From Eledone cirrhosa (taxonomy: Eukaryota), in NCBI GenBank assembly GCA_964016885.1, contig OZ024742.1, forward strand, positions 303,986,001 to 304,050,000: DNA of 64,000 nucleotides, given 5' to 3'. The notes under the pieces are model-generated. The model did no database searches. It was not told where the DNA came from and worked only from the letters and a program-made list of their open reading frames with translations. The position numbers and the translations under genes were made by a program. This document shows, one piece after another, positions 1-13,470 of this stretch (position 1 is its first letter; the number at the start of each line of letters is the position of its first letter).

Positions 1-94
1 TTGGATAAACACACACTCTCTTTAGTGTGTTTTCATCTCTATATTATATTAGTGTGTTTTCATCTCTATATTTCATCTCTTGGTTGTCCATCGT

Positions 95-955
95 AAAAGA
101 TGATGACAGCTTCTTTATTGTTGTTACCGTCTGCCGTGGGCACGAAGATGGCTGTGGAGGCCGGGGAAGAGACTGGAGTCAGACTGGAAACTTCCAGATT
201 ACCTCCACCTCTCGCCCATCGCCGCAGGGCTTTGGGAGTGCACGCTAAAGAAGAAACCTGTACGGGAAAGGTTTATAGTGGGAGGGCCAGTGCACAGTGA
301 CGATCCCAGAATTTGGTGGTACGGAGGACCGTTACGACCAGGGACTTCCTTGGCTGCAGTGGATGGCCACGACGTCTGTAGTGCCTTGGTGTATCTCCAC
401 ACCGCTTGCTGTCGCCGCCTTTGTGACCGTTGGGACTATGTTGTCCTCTTCCACTCACTCCACCGGGTCCAGTCTTCGCATGCAGGGGCAGGTATCCCCT
501 ATCTAACTCACCGGGGGTTTCAGACTCGTCCAGCTACCCTCAACCTGGTTCGGCCCGCCAGCCAAGGCGGTTTACCAGGATGTGACCGCTGTCGCATGCT
601 ATAGCTTCTTGGGGCCACAGGTGAGAGCTGAGTGTCAGGTGGAACACAATGCAGGACGATCTGTCCTGAAAAGGGCATGGCTGGCATTCCTGACACCCGA
701 GGCATATACACACATACATACACATACATATGTACATGTGTATATACATATTTACACATTTTCGGATGGCAGTTGACTCTTATGAGTTCTTCACCCTTTG
801 TTAGGTTTTGTTTTTTGTCCTGCAGGGTGTCCAAAATGACCCTCCTCACGAAGCAAACTTGGTGGGGTTGCCAGTTTAGTCGCCGACGATCCGACCATGC
901 GACAGGTTGTACTGGTTTACATGTTACCAGTAGCACTCAAGATTGACCTGACACA
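95..955 (-). mobile_element. Probable 5' UTR region of an RTE-clade LINE, ORF missing, interrupted by a TA/CA microsatellite at about 703-757
   Basis: GC-rich non-coding block bounded by (TA)n at about 956. Its first ~190 nt on the minus strand (955-770) recur on the + strand at 33066-33255. The RTE assignment rests on remembered similarity to RTE 5' UTRs only. Confidence 0.4.
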
Positions 956-1017
956 TTATATATATATATATTATATATATATGCAAGTACATATATGTAT
1001 ATATATATATATATATA

Positions 1018-2337
1018 TTTAAGGAACGCTGGTACAATCATTGCCACACCTTTAGGAGAGTTGATAAGAAACACATCACCGCCCTCTCAAAAATGGTTTG
1101 CCGTCTCAAACATGATAACGTAGAATACACCTTGTCGTGGTTCAAGGTAGCCTCAGCCCAACACTACATAGGGGGTGGACATGACTCGTGCGATTTGTGT
1201 GTCATCAAGATTATGGAAATAATCGAGAGGGGAGCTCGAGTTATCAATAAAAGGAGCAACCTCTTCAGCACCTGCCTCCACTGATCATCTGGAACCTTCC
1301 TCAAACTCTACGGACTAACAACATAGGTGTACTAGTTGAAGACTATTGTAAACTTGACCGTGGAAGCCGGGCGTAGCCACACAGCGACCCCAGCATCAGG
1401 GGAACCTTGGATATCTTGTTTGCACACCTTAAGTCTCTGAGTGTACATGTTTCATGTCCCTTGTTCCTTATTCTCTGTTTATATACCTACTGTTGTTTTT
1501 TTATGAATTTTTGTCCCGTTCTTTTATTATTATGTTCTCTATATGTGTTCTCGATTCCTATCTGCTTGTTCATGTCCCTACTTTCACTTCCCGTAACTCT
1601 CTTCCATAGTCTAACAGCCCTTTTATTAGTATTGTTGCCACTGTATTAAGACTGAATGCTCTTGTGGTTAACCGTTTTTTCTGTAATTATTGCTAGCCTT
1701 GTGCCTTAGAATGATAAAGAGGTCTGTATTAACTGTGCATGTATTTATTTATATATACAAATAGCCATCTGTATTTCAATCCCATGTTCGCTTACTTGTC
1801 TCAACGGACTACTGTTGTGGTTAGTTCATTTTTCATGGAAGCGTGGTCTTTTCCTGTTGCCGCCGTCACCGTTGTGGGATCATCACTGGTGTTGTTGTTA
1901 TTATTGTTGTTGGTATTACCAATGGGCTTAATACTAATATACATGATACCACCACTACTAAGAGAAACGGGGTGGGTGATGGACGGTGTTGGTGTTTGTT
2001 ACCGTTACCATTGTTGTTGTTACTATATATGGTCACGGTGATTGATACCACCAATTCTGTTTAACTCACCGGCCTCGGATCTTCTTTTTATTGCTCTGGC
2101 GTTATCGCTGTTATTGTTGACAGGGGGATATGGTCACTACGACTACTGCGGCCTGTATACACGACGCTGGTCTCTGTTTTTTCCTGCCAGCGACATATCA
2201 AACATATTGGATTTTCATCTGAGGATAGCGTTCTCATAATCAACAGCAAATGTCTGAAGTACATCTCGATTGCATGGAGAACCGTGGAAATAATTATAAT
2301 GATTAAACGATATATGTAACCATAGCATCTTATTTTG

Positions 2338-2340
<3 letters not shown>
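1018..2340 (+). mobile_element. 5'-truncated Penelope-like element: C-terminal GIY-YIG remnant plus 3' UTR/pseudo-LTR
   Basis: 1018-1284 reads FKERWYNHCHTF...ITALSKMVCRLK...YTLSW...CDLC...INKRSNLFSTCLH, collinear with the C-terminus of the PLE at 35.4-35.7 kb (FKDRWYNHRHSF...TALSDLIWKLK...YSLAW...CKLC). HHR at 2215-2302. (TA)n on both sides. Confidence 0.8.
2215..2302 (+). ncRNA. Type I hammerhead ribozyme motif
   Basis: Stem I TCAT/ATGA; core CTGAGGA (2219-2225); stem II containing GTTCTC/GAGAAC; GAAA (2287-2290); palindromic stem III ATAATTAT; AUA cleavage triplet; ATTAAA follows. Confidence 0.75.
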
Positions 2341-2389
<49 letters not shown>

Positions 2390-2520
2390 ATATATATATA
2401 TATGTGTGTATGTATATGTCTCTGCCTATAATTCGCACTCACCCCTTCGTTCAACCGCCCCCCCCCCGCTTCACACACCTGCTTTCTCATTCTTCCCCCT
2501 GCTTTCACTCAACGCCCACC

Positions 2521-5329
2521 ATGCCCAGCCTGAGATCCTTTCTCCACCAACTCCACACTAGCCTCAAACTTTTCCTCACCCCCCTCCTCCCACCCTGCTA
2601 TCTCTCCTCGGCCCTTCAACTCTCCTACCTTCTCTTCGCCAAAACTCGGCACTCCAGCCACATCCATTTCCACAGCCATTGCCTCCACCTTATCCCCCTC
2701 GGCTTCCGTCTACACGCCCACCGCCTCCCCCACCCCGCTTCCCCCTCCACCCAACGTATCCTCACCCGATCCTCGTGCCTCCTAATGCGCAACTCCATCC
2801 GCGCCTCCCGCTCCACCATCCGCCAAACTTGACTGCCAAATGACCCCCACCCTCCTCCGCATTAACTCCATCTGCCACCCCCTCCTCACCCACGCCATCC
2901 TCATCTTCATCCAAAACCTCAACCACGACCCCTTCTCCTTCCTCACCTCCACCAAAGCCCGTAAGCTACACTCACTCCTCCCAACCACCCTCATCCACCA
3001 CCACCCGCCCATCTCTATGAGCCCCACACACCCATTCCACCCATCCCCACCACTCTCCACCCCTCCCTCTATCCACACCCCTATCCAATCTCCACCCTCC
3101 ACCTCACCCCTCACCACACCCTCCCTTCCTCCCTCACACACCCAAACCCCACCACTTGTTGTCACCATACCCCTGACCTCCCCCTCTCCGCACCTGAGCG
3201 CTCACTCCTTAGTAGAGGCCTTCGCTTCATACCCCCCACTCTGCACAGCGACGAGTTCCGCAACCGAACGGAAGTCGAGCGATTCGTGCGACGCACGAAG
3301 CTACAGGCACATTTCAGTCAAACGCCACCGGCTCCGAACGCCCCAGACCCGTTTCTCGCCCTGGGCCGACGACCATCTTCCTGGACGCCGGCCCCAGGGC
3401 AATTTAGCACCCAGGACGCGTTCGTCGATGCCAGCCGTAGCGCCGTAAATCGTTTCGACTTCCGCCACCGTTCCAAACGAAATAACATCTCACGGGGCGA
3501 ACTCCTCGCTCTCTGCTCCCTCCGTAGCCGAGATGACACCGTCATCAAACCGGCGGACAAGGGAGGCGCCGTGGTGGTGTGGCGCGCGGATCTCTACTCG
3601 GCCGAAGCCCTCAGGCAGCTTCGTAACCCCCTCTTCTACCGCCCTCTTCTACCGCCCTCTACCCTCCGATCCCACACCCCTCTACCAACAACAAGTTTCC
3701 TCCACCATCCAACACCTTGTCTCCTCATCCCCCCGCCCCCCGACAGCTTCTCACCTCATCGTCCACACCCCCCGCACCGCCACCATCTACTTCCTCCCCA
3801 AACTCCACAAACCCGACAACCCCGGCCGCCCCATCGTCTCCGCTTGCAACTGCCCCACCGAACTCACCTCCGCCTTTCTAGACTCCATCCGCGCCCCCCT
3901 TGTCACCACCCTCCCCTCCCACATCTCCGACACCAACCACGCCCTGCGCCTTTTCGAGTCCTTCACCTACCCACCCGGCCCACAGCCATTCCTCTTCACC
4001 CTAGATATCAAGTCCCTCTATACCGTCATCCCCCACGCCGACGGCCTACGTGCCCTCAAGCACTACCTCGACCTTCGCCCCTCCCCCATCCCCTCCACCC
4101 CACCCTTCTTCGCCTCGCCGAGCTGGTCCTCACCCTCAACCGTTTCTCCTTCTCGGGTAAGTTTTTACCAACAGGTCACGGGGGTAGCCATGGGTACAAG
4201 AATGGGCCCAAACTATGCCAACCTTTTTGTTGGCCATGTTGAGGCCCAAATCTTTGCCCAGTACACCGGCCCCACGCCCGAACTGTACGGTCGTTACATC
4301 GACGACTGTATCGGAGCCACGACCCTCACCCGAGAACAGCTCGACTTTCTCTCCTTCTTCTGCTCCTTCCACTCCTCCCTCTACTTCACCACCTCTATCT
4401 CCACCACCCACGTCCACTTCTTAGACATCTCCGTCGCCTTCGACCCCTCCCACCACTCCCTCGTCACTTCCGCCTTCTTCAAACCCACCGACTCCCACTC
4501 CTACCTCGTCTTCACCTCTTCCCACCCCACACACACTAAACACTCTATTCCCTACTCCCAACACCTCAGGATCCGCCGCCTCTGTAGCCGAGATGCTGAC
4601 TTTGAGTCCAAGGCCCTTTCTCTAGTCAGCCATTTCATCCGCAGAGGTTAACCCCCCCCTCTATCTCGTCCACACCGCTCTCACCCGCGCCGTGCTCTCC
4701 ACCACCCTCACCCCACGCCACCGCACACCCACCCACCGTCTCCCCTTCCCCATCACCTACCACCCCTCGATCATACCACTCCACCGCACCATCCTCCGCC
4801 TCTTCCGACGCCTCCAGTCCTACCCCTCCAACTCCCACATCTTCCCATCCCCACCACTTCCCTCCTTCATAGGCGCACGCAATCTCCGTACCCTCCTCGT
4901 CCACAGCTCCCTACCCCAACCCACGCTCTCCTCCCCCCCCCGGTTCCCTTCCCTGTTCCAGGCCCCGCTGCAACACATGTCCTCACATCACCAACACCAC
5001 CACCTTCCAGGGTCCCAACGCCCACTCTCTCTCTGTCCGTCATGCCTTCCGCTGCACCTCCTCCAACCTAGTCTGCGGACGTCGGACAGACTGGACGTCG
5101 CCTGGCGGACCGGTTTACTGAACACCTCCGAGATATTCGTCTCGGTGGTAGGTCCCCCATCGCCGGCCACTTTGGTGCCCCTGGACATTCCGCACACCAC
5201 CTCAAAGTCTGTGGCCTACTCCAATGCCACGGAACACCCGCCACTCTCCTCAGGGTCGAACAACGAACCATCTTCACCCTACAGACCCACACTCCCCCCG
5301 GCCTGAACTCCCCACCCTTATTCCTTTAG
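2521..5329 (+). pseudogene. Frameshifted PLE polyprotein (reverse transcriptase plus GIY-YIG endonuclease)
   Basis: IKPADKGGAVVVW; YFLPKLHKPDNPGRPIVS; FTLDIKSLYT; GVAMGTRMGPNYANLF; YGRYIDD; FLDI; KPTDSHSYL..SSHP; Cys linker CSRPRCNTC; VGQTGRRLADRFTEHLRDIR; EQRTIFTLQT..PPGLN. Split over several frames. Confidence 0.9.
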
Positions 5330-6793
5330 CCTTCGACCGCCCCCCTCCTCCCACACATATCCCCACTAACACCACTAACACACCCCTCCTTTTCACCGCC
5401 CACCCCACAACTAACAATACTAACACCTCCACCCTTCCCCAACTAACATACTAACATCCCTCACTTCTTCTCCCCCTCCCCTTATCACACGCACACACCC
5501 AGCGGTACATATATACACGCACTCAGACTAAACACACACCCTACTACCACCACTAACCCTCACCCCCACACATCCACCCCACCACCCCGCAACTAACATC
5601 ACTAATACCCCCCGACCCCACTGACACGAACACACACACCCACTTACACCACCCACTCTACACGCAACTAACATCACTAACACCCCCAACCCTACGCACA
5701 CGAACACACACACCCTCTTACACCACCCACTCTACACACCCTACCACCACTGACCCCCACTCAACCCTTTCCCCACCTCCAGTATACTAACACCCACTAT
5801 CACCCCCTTCACCAAACACACACTCAGCCAAATACGCACACACACACCAGTACACTACACTCCCTCTACCGGCCCCCACACCCTTCTCTCCCCGCTCTAA
5901 CCCACACCCTTTCTCACACACAACACACATCCCAATAACACCTCTACTAATACACACACACATCTCCTCACTCCAACTTTCACACCTACCCTTCCTCTCC
6001 CCTGTCCACCGCACTTCCGCACACACTGACACACCGACTTTCTTCACTTACCATTCTACCCGACTGCTGCTATGCCCTTATCTCTGACCACCTCCCCGCA
6101 CACACAGACACACAACCCTCCTCCTGCCTTGACCCTGTGACCACTTCCTGTTGCGCACGCACCCACATCTCCCCTCTTCCGACCAACCACGGATTACACA
6201 TATTGAACATCGATCCCTAGAATCCACCACATCCCAAGGATATTACCCAGCATTCCACCACATCCTCTACGGAACTACCTTAAGCACTCACCCACTGGCA
6301 TACACTCAAAAAACTTTTTCCCACACGCCACCTACATCCACAACACGCATAAACACCACACACACACGTGCGTACCACCACATATTTACACACTCAGCCT
6401 CCGGAATCCTCTCTCCCACCCCTCTGACCCCTCCCCATCCACACACGCACACACACTCCGACCTACACCCCACCCCCCACACACCTCTTCCTGAACATGC
6501 AACCCCGTTCTTCCCCCAACTCTTACTTTCACATACACACACACACGTACACCTACACACACACACCACTTTCAGCCCTCCCCCGCTCGGACACCCCGCC
6601 TCCCTCTCCACACTCCACCCGCCACCACCCCTACACGCCCCACACCCTTCCACCACCTGTTTTACTTCATGTTTATTTTAATTTTTATTATGCTTTTATA
6701 TTTAATTTCATTTGTACCGTTTCCTCTCACCGCCTTTTTTCTATGTCTCTCCACCACTCCCCTACACACCCTTGGAACTCTCTTCCCACACAC

Positions 6794-6830
6794 TTTTCAC
6801 CTGAAGAAGGGCTTATGCCCGAAACGTCGT
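6794..6830 (+). ncRNA. Minimal PLE-type hammerhead motif
   Basis: CTGAAGA-A-GGGC/TTAT/GCCC-GAAAC-GTC. Stem III is the loopless palindrome ACGT. Stem I is weak (AC/GT), and a better partner GTGAAA lies about 30 nt downstream. Confidence 0.7.
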
Positions 6831-6918
6831 CCCCCACCACCACCCCACTCTCAAGAGCGTGAAACTAATAAACCTTTGTTTGTACTGCCTCTCTGTTTTG
6901 TTCCCGTTCAAATTTTTG

Positions 6919-6974
<56 letters not shown>

Positions 6975-7069
6975 ATATATATATATATGTATATAGATGA
7001 ATGTCCGGCGGAGACATAGGTCAATAACATTTTCAAATCGACCCACGCCACGTGTAAAAATCGAATTTG

Positions 7070-7122
7070 TAATCACATATCACCACTATATATGCATTTT
7101 ATATGTCTAGAATTATTAACAT

Positions 7123-7172
<50 letters not shown>

Positions 7173-7218
7173 CTTATATACATACAGGTATATAATCGTA
7201 TGTACACGCACCCAAACA

Positions 7219-7282
<64 letters not shown>

Positions 7283-7338
7283 ATGTTAATAATTCTAAAC
7301 ATTATATAAAATGCATATATAGATGGTGATATGTGATT
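7070..7338. repeat. Short fold-back with ~55-bp arms around a TA-rich centre
   Basis: AATCACATATCACCA...AATTATTAACATTA versus TAATGTTAATAATT...TGGTGATATGTGATT. Confidence 0.8.
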
Positions 7339-7365
7339 AAGTTATGATAAATATTCTCATACATA

Positions 7366-7818
7366 TCTATATATATAAAACTGAGGTTGTCTATCTGTCT
7401 GTCTGTCTGTATGTCTGTGTACTAAAACAGTCGGCACACATCTCCTCCTAAACCGTACGTTCAAATTCCGGTGATATTGCTACACTTATAGATGAATGTC
7501 CGGCGGAGACATAGGTCAATAACATTTTCAAATCGACCCACGCCACGTGTAAAAATCGAATTTGTAATGTATTGATTTTTCAGTTCAAATGTATAAATAG
7601 AGATGAGAGACGAGTTATTTCCCTTTTATGGCGTCATTTGTTTATATATTTGCGTTACGAATAAACGGGCCAGCAAAATTTTAACCTGCAAAATCCATGA
7701 GTTCGAAGTTTCAACATTAAGCTTCCATTTTGCTTCATTTCCATTAAAAAGTCTTTTAAAACAATAGTTCAGCGCATCAGCCTCGCCATCACCCGAGTCA
7801 ACGCTGGGAGTGTGCTGG
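7366..7818 (+). mobile_element. Non-autonomous Helitron-like element
   Basis: 5' TCTATATATATAAAA after an A, then (GTCT)n; 3' hairpin ACCCGAGTCAACGCTGGG followed by a degenerate CTGG end. The 3' end matches that at 9594-9622. Confidence 0.6.
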
Positions 7819-8117
7819 CTTTCCTAAAAAATCATTAGAGAGGTTGCCCAGTACTCGCGACGCTGCTGTCTTTTGCTCTGGTCTTGGCTCCGTAGTTCAC
7901 CCCTTCCTTTACATTTTCTTTAATATTGTAGCATTGAAGGAATATATCTTTCATTGTTTCATCCTTTGTAGTGTTACCGAGGCATTTGTAATGTTATTTA
8001 TGAATATATTTAAAACATATTTGTTGTTATTCTACTGTAAATTTATTTATATGCTCAGTTTATATTTTCAATCTCACTACCCTCAAAAATCTATGAAACT
8101 ACATACATGTTGCAACT

Positions 8118-8530
<413 letters not shown>

Positions 8531-8675
8531 GGGGTATGAGAAAAAAGGGAGAGGCGTTGAGAAAGAAAGAAAGTTTAAGCAAAGAATCGCTGCTTTCAAC
8601 ATTAACGGGATCTTCTTAAACTAATAAATTCAATCTGTGAACGCAGAATTAAATATTTCGAGAAACGTTGCAACC

Positions 8676-8920
8676 GAAGGAAAACAGGAAGACGATATTT
8701 TGGTTCGTGAAGACGTTCCCTGGTAATAAACGAAAACAAAGCGAGGATAATACGTCGTTATATGGATTGAGAAGAACAATTTCATGCAAAGACAAGACCA
8801 AGAATTTCATGCAAAGACAAGACCAAGTTTATGGTGTAAATGAAGTCATTAGACTAATATTCTATTTAAAATAACCGAATGATTTCCAGCCCCGGAGTTT
8901 AAGAATGATATAAATAAAAT
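8676..8920 (+). repeat. Dispersed repeat shared with 30476-30830, possibly a decayed LINE 3' end
   Basis: AGGAAAACAGGAA-ACGATA-TTTGGTTCGTG..ACGTTCCCTGG and GAAGTC.TAGACTAA...CCGAATGA are present in both copies. Confidence 0.55.
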
Positions 8921-8952
8921 TGTAAACGAAAATGACAGAAGTTATTAAAATA

Positions 8953-9064
8953 GTTGTTTCCACTTTTGGCACAAGGCCAGCAGTTACGCAGTACATTACT
9001 GGTACTTTATTTTATCGATCCCGTAATGATGAAAGGCAAAGTTAACCTCGACGGGATTTTAACT
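8953..9064 (-). mobile_element. SINE, 3' half
   Basis: Reverse complement of AATCCCG.CGAGGTTAACTTTGCCTTTCATC...ATAAAGTACCAG...GGCCTTGTGCCAAAAG. Confidence 0.85.
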
Positions 9065-9119
9065 TTGCCTTAAAATAGTAAAAGTAAATAGTGAAGATTT
9101 AAGCCAGTACCTTCGTATG

Positions 9120-9622
9120 CTCCGACGGACATACACATACATATACATACGCACACACAAATACATACACACAGACACGCGCGCTCGCGCTTGTGTGTGT
9201 AAACCTTATGCATTTCTACAGTATTTTCACCAAACTTAAGACATATGTACTCCGGATGGTCATGGGCACTTTCATTTTTCCATATATTGATTATAGGCCC
9301 TCCCGGCAGATAACCCCCTTTAACCACTTCCTTGGAGTCGACTGAAGCACTGCAGTGCAATGCAACAAAAGGTCATAACTTCTGGTGTTCGCAACCGATT
9401 TTCACAAAACTTGACTCGTGAGCTATGTTTGTTCTACAGATGAATGTGACCTCTCAGAATTAGCACATATTGAGTAGGGGACCCCTGGTGGCAGGAACCC
9501 CCTTTTGGAAAAAGCCGATGATTTTGTAAAAGTATAATTTTCGAAGCAGCACTGAAGTATTGATATAAATGGTATACATAACTGCTATTTAATACCCGAG
9601 CAACGCTGGGTACCTCTGCTAG
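9120..9622 (+). mobile_element. Helitron-like element, 3' part
   Basis: Subterminal hairpin TACCCGAGCAACGCTGGGTA followed by CTAG|T (9619-9623), a canonical Helitron 3' end. The 5' boundary is uncertain. Confidence 0.65.
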
Positions 9623-10290
9623 TTTACTATATTTGTAAACTTCATTTGTAGGTTAAATGTTTCTGATTTTGAATTTTGTAACAAAATATTGAATATATTT
9701 GTTAATTTAACTATACTTTTGATTATCATTGAAAATATTTTATATTGTTTAATTTTGATTTAATATATTAATATAATTTTGCTCAAATATAACCAAATAC
9801 AATAGATAGTAAAAATGTAACGGTATTTAATTGGTCGCTTCTACCTGACTTAATATTTGAAAACAACTGTCACGCATCATGTCCCTTTCTTCTTTCTTTC
9901 TTTCTTTCTTTCTTTCTTTCCTGTTGCAGTTATGTATTCCATCCTCTCATTTATCTCTCTCTCCCTCCTTCTTTTTATCTTCATCTTTTTTTTATTTCCC
10001 TCTTCTCTTCTATTTAGCACTCTCTCTCTTCTGTTTCTTCTCTAACATGGATATTTAAATATTTTAACATTTATGTACTTATGTGTTTATTTATTTCTTC
10101 TACATTTTCTCATATCCACTCCCTCTTGATACTTATATCTCGCTCCACATCCCTCTCTTCATCAAATTTAGTTTGTCATGTTATTCCTTCTTGTGGTATA
10201 TAAACATAGAGTTTTGTTGTAATATATCACTGCCAAGACTGAAATTAAACCATCAAGACAGTTGAGGTATGTCGTACATCAATTTATGTA

Positions 10291-10352
10291 TTTTATCTGA
10301 TGACGACGTACTGAAAAAATACCACAGTACCTCCGAAATAAATATATGAAAA
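10291..10352 (+). ncRNA. Degenerate hammerhead motif, same family as 21363-21407
   Basis: CTGATGA (10297-10303), stem II GTACTG/CAGTAC, GAAA. Stems III and I are imperfect. Confidence 0.5.
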
Positions 10353-10406
10353 CATATATTTTGATTATGTGAACGTCTTCATTTATTAATATTTTGAATA
10401 ATATAT

Positions 10407-10457
<51 letters not shown>

Positions 10458-10580
10458 TATATCAAGATAAGCAGAACAAGTAAAATTCAACCAATTTTTC
10501 AAAATAAATCAAAATTAATTTACAATTAAAATTAATCAAAATTAAAAAAATATAATATAAATATTTACCTATTCAAATGG

Positions 10581-10658
10581 CCCTTACTGTACAGTTTCAC
10601 TTTGCAAAACATTAGATATCACATGGATATTAATGGAAAAACAAAGATCATCAGAGAA
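10581..10658 (-). ncRNA. Type I hammerhead ribozyme motif
   Basis: Minus strand: TTCT-CTGATGA-T-CTTTG...CAAAG-T-GAAA-CTGTACAG-TA-AGGG. Palindromic stem III ACTGTACAGT, GUA triplet. Confidence 0.75.
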
Positions 10659-10768
10659 GCATTTTCCTTTCCTAGGGTTAAAAACCTCAGGAACGATAAA
10701 ATATATGACCTCGTCTCCAACTGACACAGGTCTGAAAGGTCGTAAAAATGACCCGTATATTAACTTTA

Positions 10769-10892
<124 letters not shown>

Positions 10893-11019
10893 TACATATA
10901 TATTTACTTGTAGGTACAAGTTCACACAGACACTATGGTGCTACAAAGAATCATATGCAGCGTTACATTTCTTTGCACCAGAGTATAAGCTGTTTTCACA
11001 TTATATTAGTATTTCAAAA

Positions 11020-11211
11020 GGGCGGTGGATTGGCAGTATCGGTGGAGGGTCTGACGCTATGCTTTTCAGCATAGAGTTACTTCTCTTTACGGTCTGAGTT
11101 CAAATCCCGCCGAGGTTAACTTTGCCTTTCATCCTTACGGGGTCCATAAAATAAAGTACCAGTAATGCATTGGAATAATCGGTGGCCTTGTGTTAAAATT
11201 AGAAACAATTA
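11020..11211 (+). mobile_element. tRNA-derived SINE, full length
   Basis: A-box-like TGGCAGTATCGG, B-box-like GAGTTCAAATCCC, central GCCTTTCATCCTTACGGGGTC.ATAAAATAAAGTACC (resembles the Deu/Nin SINE domain), 3' GAAACAATTATT. Confidence 0.9.
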
Positions 11212-11709
11212 TTTCAAAATTATTAAATTCTCAATTTGTATCAATGATCCATGCTTAAATTCATTGATAGTTATAGGATACTTTTAGATCATATACTTCG
11301 AGTACATTTAAATGAAATAAATGTTAAAAATTATAGTGAATTAGCTAACATATGCATAACAGTATCATAACCATATTCATATTCATTGACTTGCAAATGT
11401 ATGTTTATACTTTTTTCTCATGTTTTTGTAAAAAATGCCGTATCTGTGTCTATCTCTTTTTTGGTTCGTTCGTTACAATAATGCTTTTGATGTCGTATCC
11501 GCGGGGCGCAGCCCTTCAGCCTCTATGCCCTAGGATCAAAGCCCAATCACCCTCCCCCTTCACCACTCCCCTCACTTCTGCGACACCAGCGTTCTTGCCA
11601 CCTCACCTTCCAGGTCTTTTTCTTTCTTTTTCTCTTTTTTCTCTATATTCTTTTTTCTTTTATTTCCTTTTCTTTTATTTATTATTGTTGTTATCATTGT
11701 TGCATTATG

Positions 11710-11868
11710 GCAATATCGGTAGAGTTACGGCCCTTTACGACATGAGTTCAAATCCCGCCGAGATTAACTGTGCCCATCATCCCCATGGGGTCGATAAAAT
11801 AAAGCCCCATAAACGTCTTGAAGCACTGGGAAAATTGCTGGCCTTTTGCCAAAAGTAGAAACAATTAT
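11710..11868 (+). mobile_element. SINE, internally deleted copy
   Basis: Same family motifs as 11020-11211. Confidence 0.85.
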
Positions 11869-12459
11869 TACTGTTAATAAAAGATACCAATACACAGCAT
11901 ATACGAGGGAAAAACTGGGAAAGATACGCAGAGAAGTAAAATTTGGATTGTACTTGAAGGAACCATAACTATCCAGATAGAGAGAGGGAGTTAGAGGGGA
12001 AAGAACCGGGCCGTCCCTGTATAGGAAAAGTTTGAGAATAAACGGACACTACACATATCATCGCAACATACACTCACACTAACACAAATGCGCACTAATA
12101 ATAGCACACCTACAATATGCACAAACAAGCAGGCATATTCACACACATGCACACAGATACACGCACAACCACACACAAGCTCACATAAGCAAACTCAAAC
12201 ACACACACAATCACACTAAGGTAACAAAAATGAAACATAAACGAACTGTCATGTATATCTATGTAATGATATAACTATGGTCAAGAACTAATAGTGGTCG
12301 GATAATTGATTAAAACATTACAGTGGGAAATCTATAGTCTATTATGCATTAAACATTATTCGTAAGACAAAGGATTGATAAACTACACATATATATATGT
12401 GTGTGAATATATGTATGTTTATAACTATATATCTATATATAAATAAAGGTATACCTATA

Positions 12460-12493
<34 letters not shown>

Positions 12494-12550
12494 TAGATAT
12501 ATATAGTGACGAAACATAAGTCAATTGCATGAATTCATAATCCTTTATTT

Positions 12551-12606
12551 ACTGCTATATATATTTCGATGATAGCCATTGAATGGCTATGACCTCATCA
12601 GGCAGT
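12551..12606 (-). ncRNA. Type I hammerhead ribozyme motif
   Basis: ACTGC-CTGATGA-GGT-C-ATAGCCAT/TCA/ATGGCTAT-C-ATC-GAAA-TATATAT-A-GCAGT, then AATAAA. Confidence 0.85.
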
Positions 12607-12684
12607 TAGTCAGTTCTTAGATATGCCAGCTCTGTGTTTATGGTGTTGATGGTATCAGAGCCTTGGGACACACACACACACACG

Positions 12685-12717
<33 letters not shown>

Positions 12718-12722
12718 TTATA

Positions 12723-12911
12723 TAACGAAGGAGTTGTGGTAAGGAACCAGATGACCATAACGCACCAGAGTACTCAATACTTAGGGTAGTAGAGTGGGTA
12801 ATAGGAAAAAGTATGACCCCGACGGCAGAGCTCAAGCCGTTTCGACGTCTATTTCTGCCTCCAGAAATAGCCATCGAAACGTCTTGAGCTGTGCCGTCGG
12901 GGTCATACTTT
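12723..12911 (-). repeat. Hairpin-plus-tail element with ~50-bp arms; family also at 19888-20015, 20168-20275 and 55946-56135
   Basis: AAAGTATGACCCCGACGGCAGAGCTCAAGCCGTTTCGA...TCGAAACG.CTTGAGCT.TGCCGTCGGGGTCATACTTT plus a conserved tail ending CTCCTTCGTTA-(TA)n. Confidence 0.9.
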
Positions 12912-12918
12912 ATCCAAA

Positions 12919-12950
<32 letters not shown>

Positions 12951-13470
12951 GTATATATATACAATCACAGCTGGTACGATGTGTGTATTTTTGAAAAGTG
13001 CAACACTTGCTACTAGCCGTTCGCAGATTTGGATTTGCTGTGTAAACAGATAGTTAAGTCTTCTTCCTTGTTGAAAATTCCGTATTTGGCTACTGTGGTT
13101 TACCGAAACATTCATGGTGAAATATATTTCTTTAATGAAATATATACAAGGAAGATTAATCCATTTATAAGCTATCTATTTTTAAAGTTCTAGTTAAACT
13201 TTAATTAGTTACCTACATAGCTATGTGTGCTTACACACCTTTACAAATTATTCCCTGTGATTGTTTCATATGTTTAATTTAGATATATATATATATGTCA
13301 TATATATATATATATATATATGTCAATCAAATTCTAGTTGATATAAAATGCTCGGATCTATTCATTGGAATCTTGGAACATATTATACAGTGGATATGGC
13401 GCATGTTTCTCTGACATGCCACCCTTAAATTAATTTAACTTAATTTTGAATATATATATATATATATATA

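Larger units (their letters stand above)
2420..6920 (+). mobile_element. Near full-length Penelope-like retroelement, Neptune-like, C-rich sense strand
   Basis: RT plus GIY-YIG coding region, long C/A-rich 3' UTR, HHR at 6801, AATAAA at 6867. (TA)n on both sides. Confidence 0.9.

Noticed and set aside
11020-11211. A-box/B-box pattern suggesting a tRNA gene
   Set aside because: No cloverleaf; it is the head of a multi-copy SINE.
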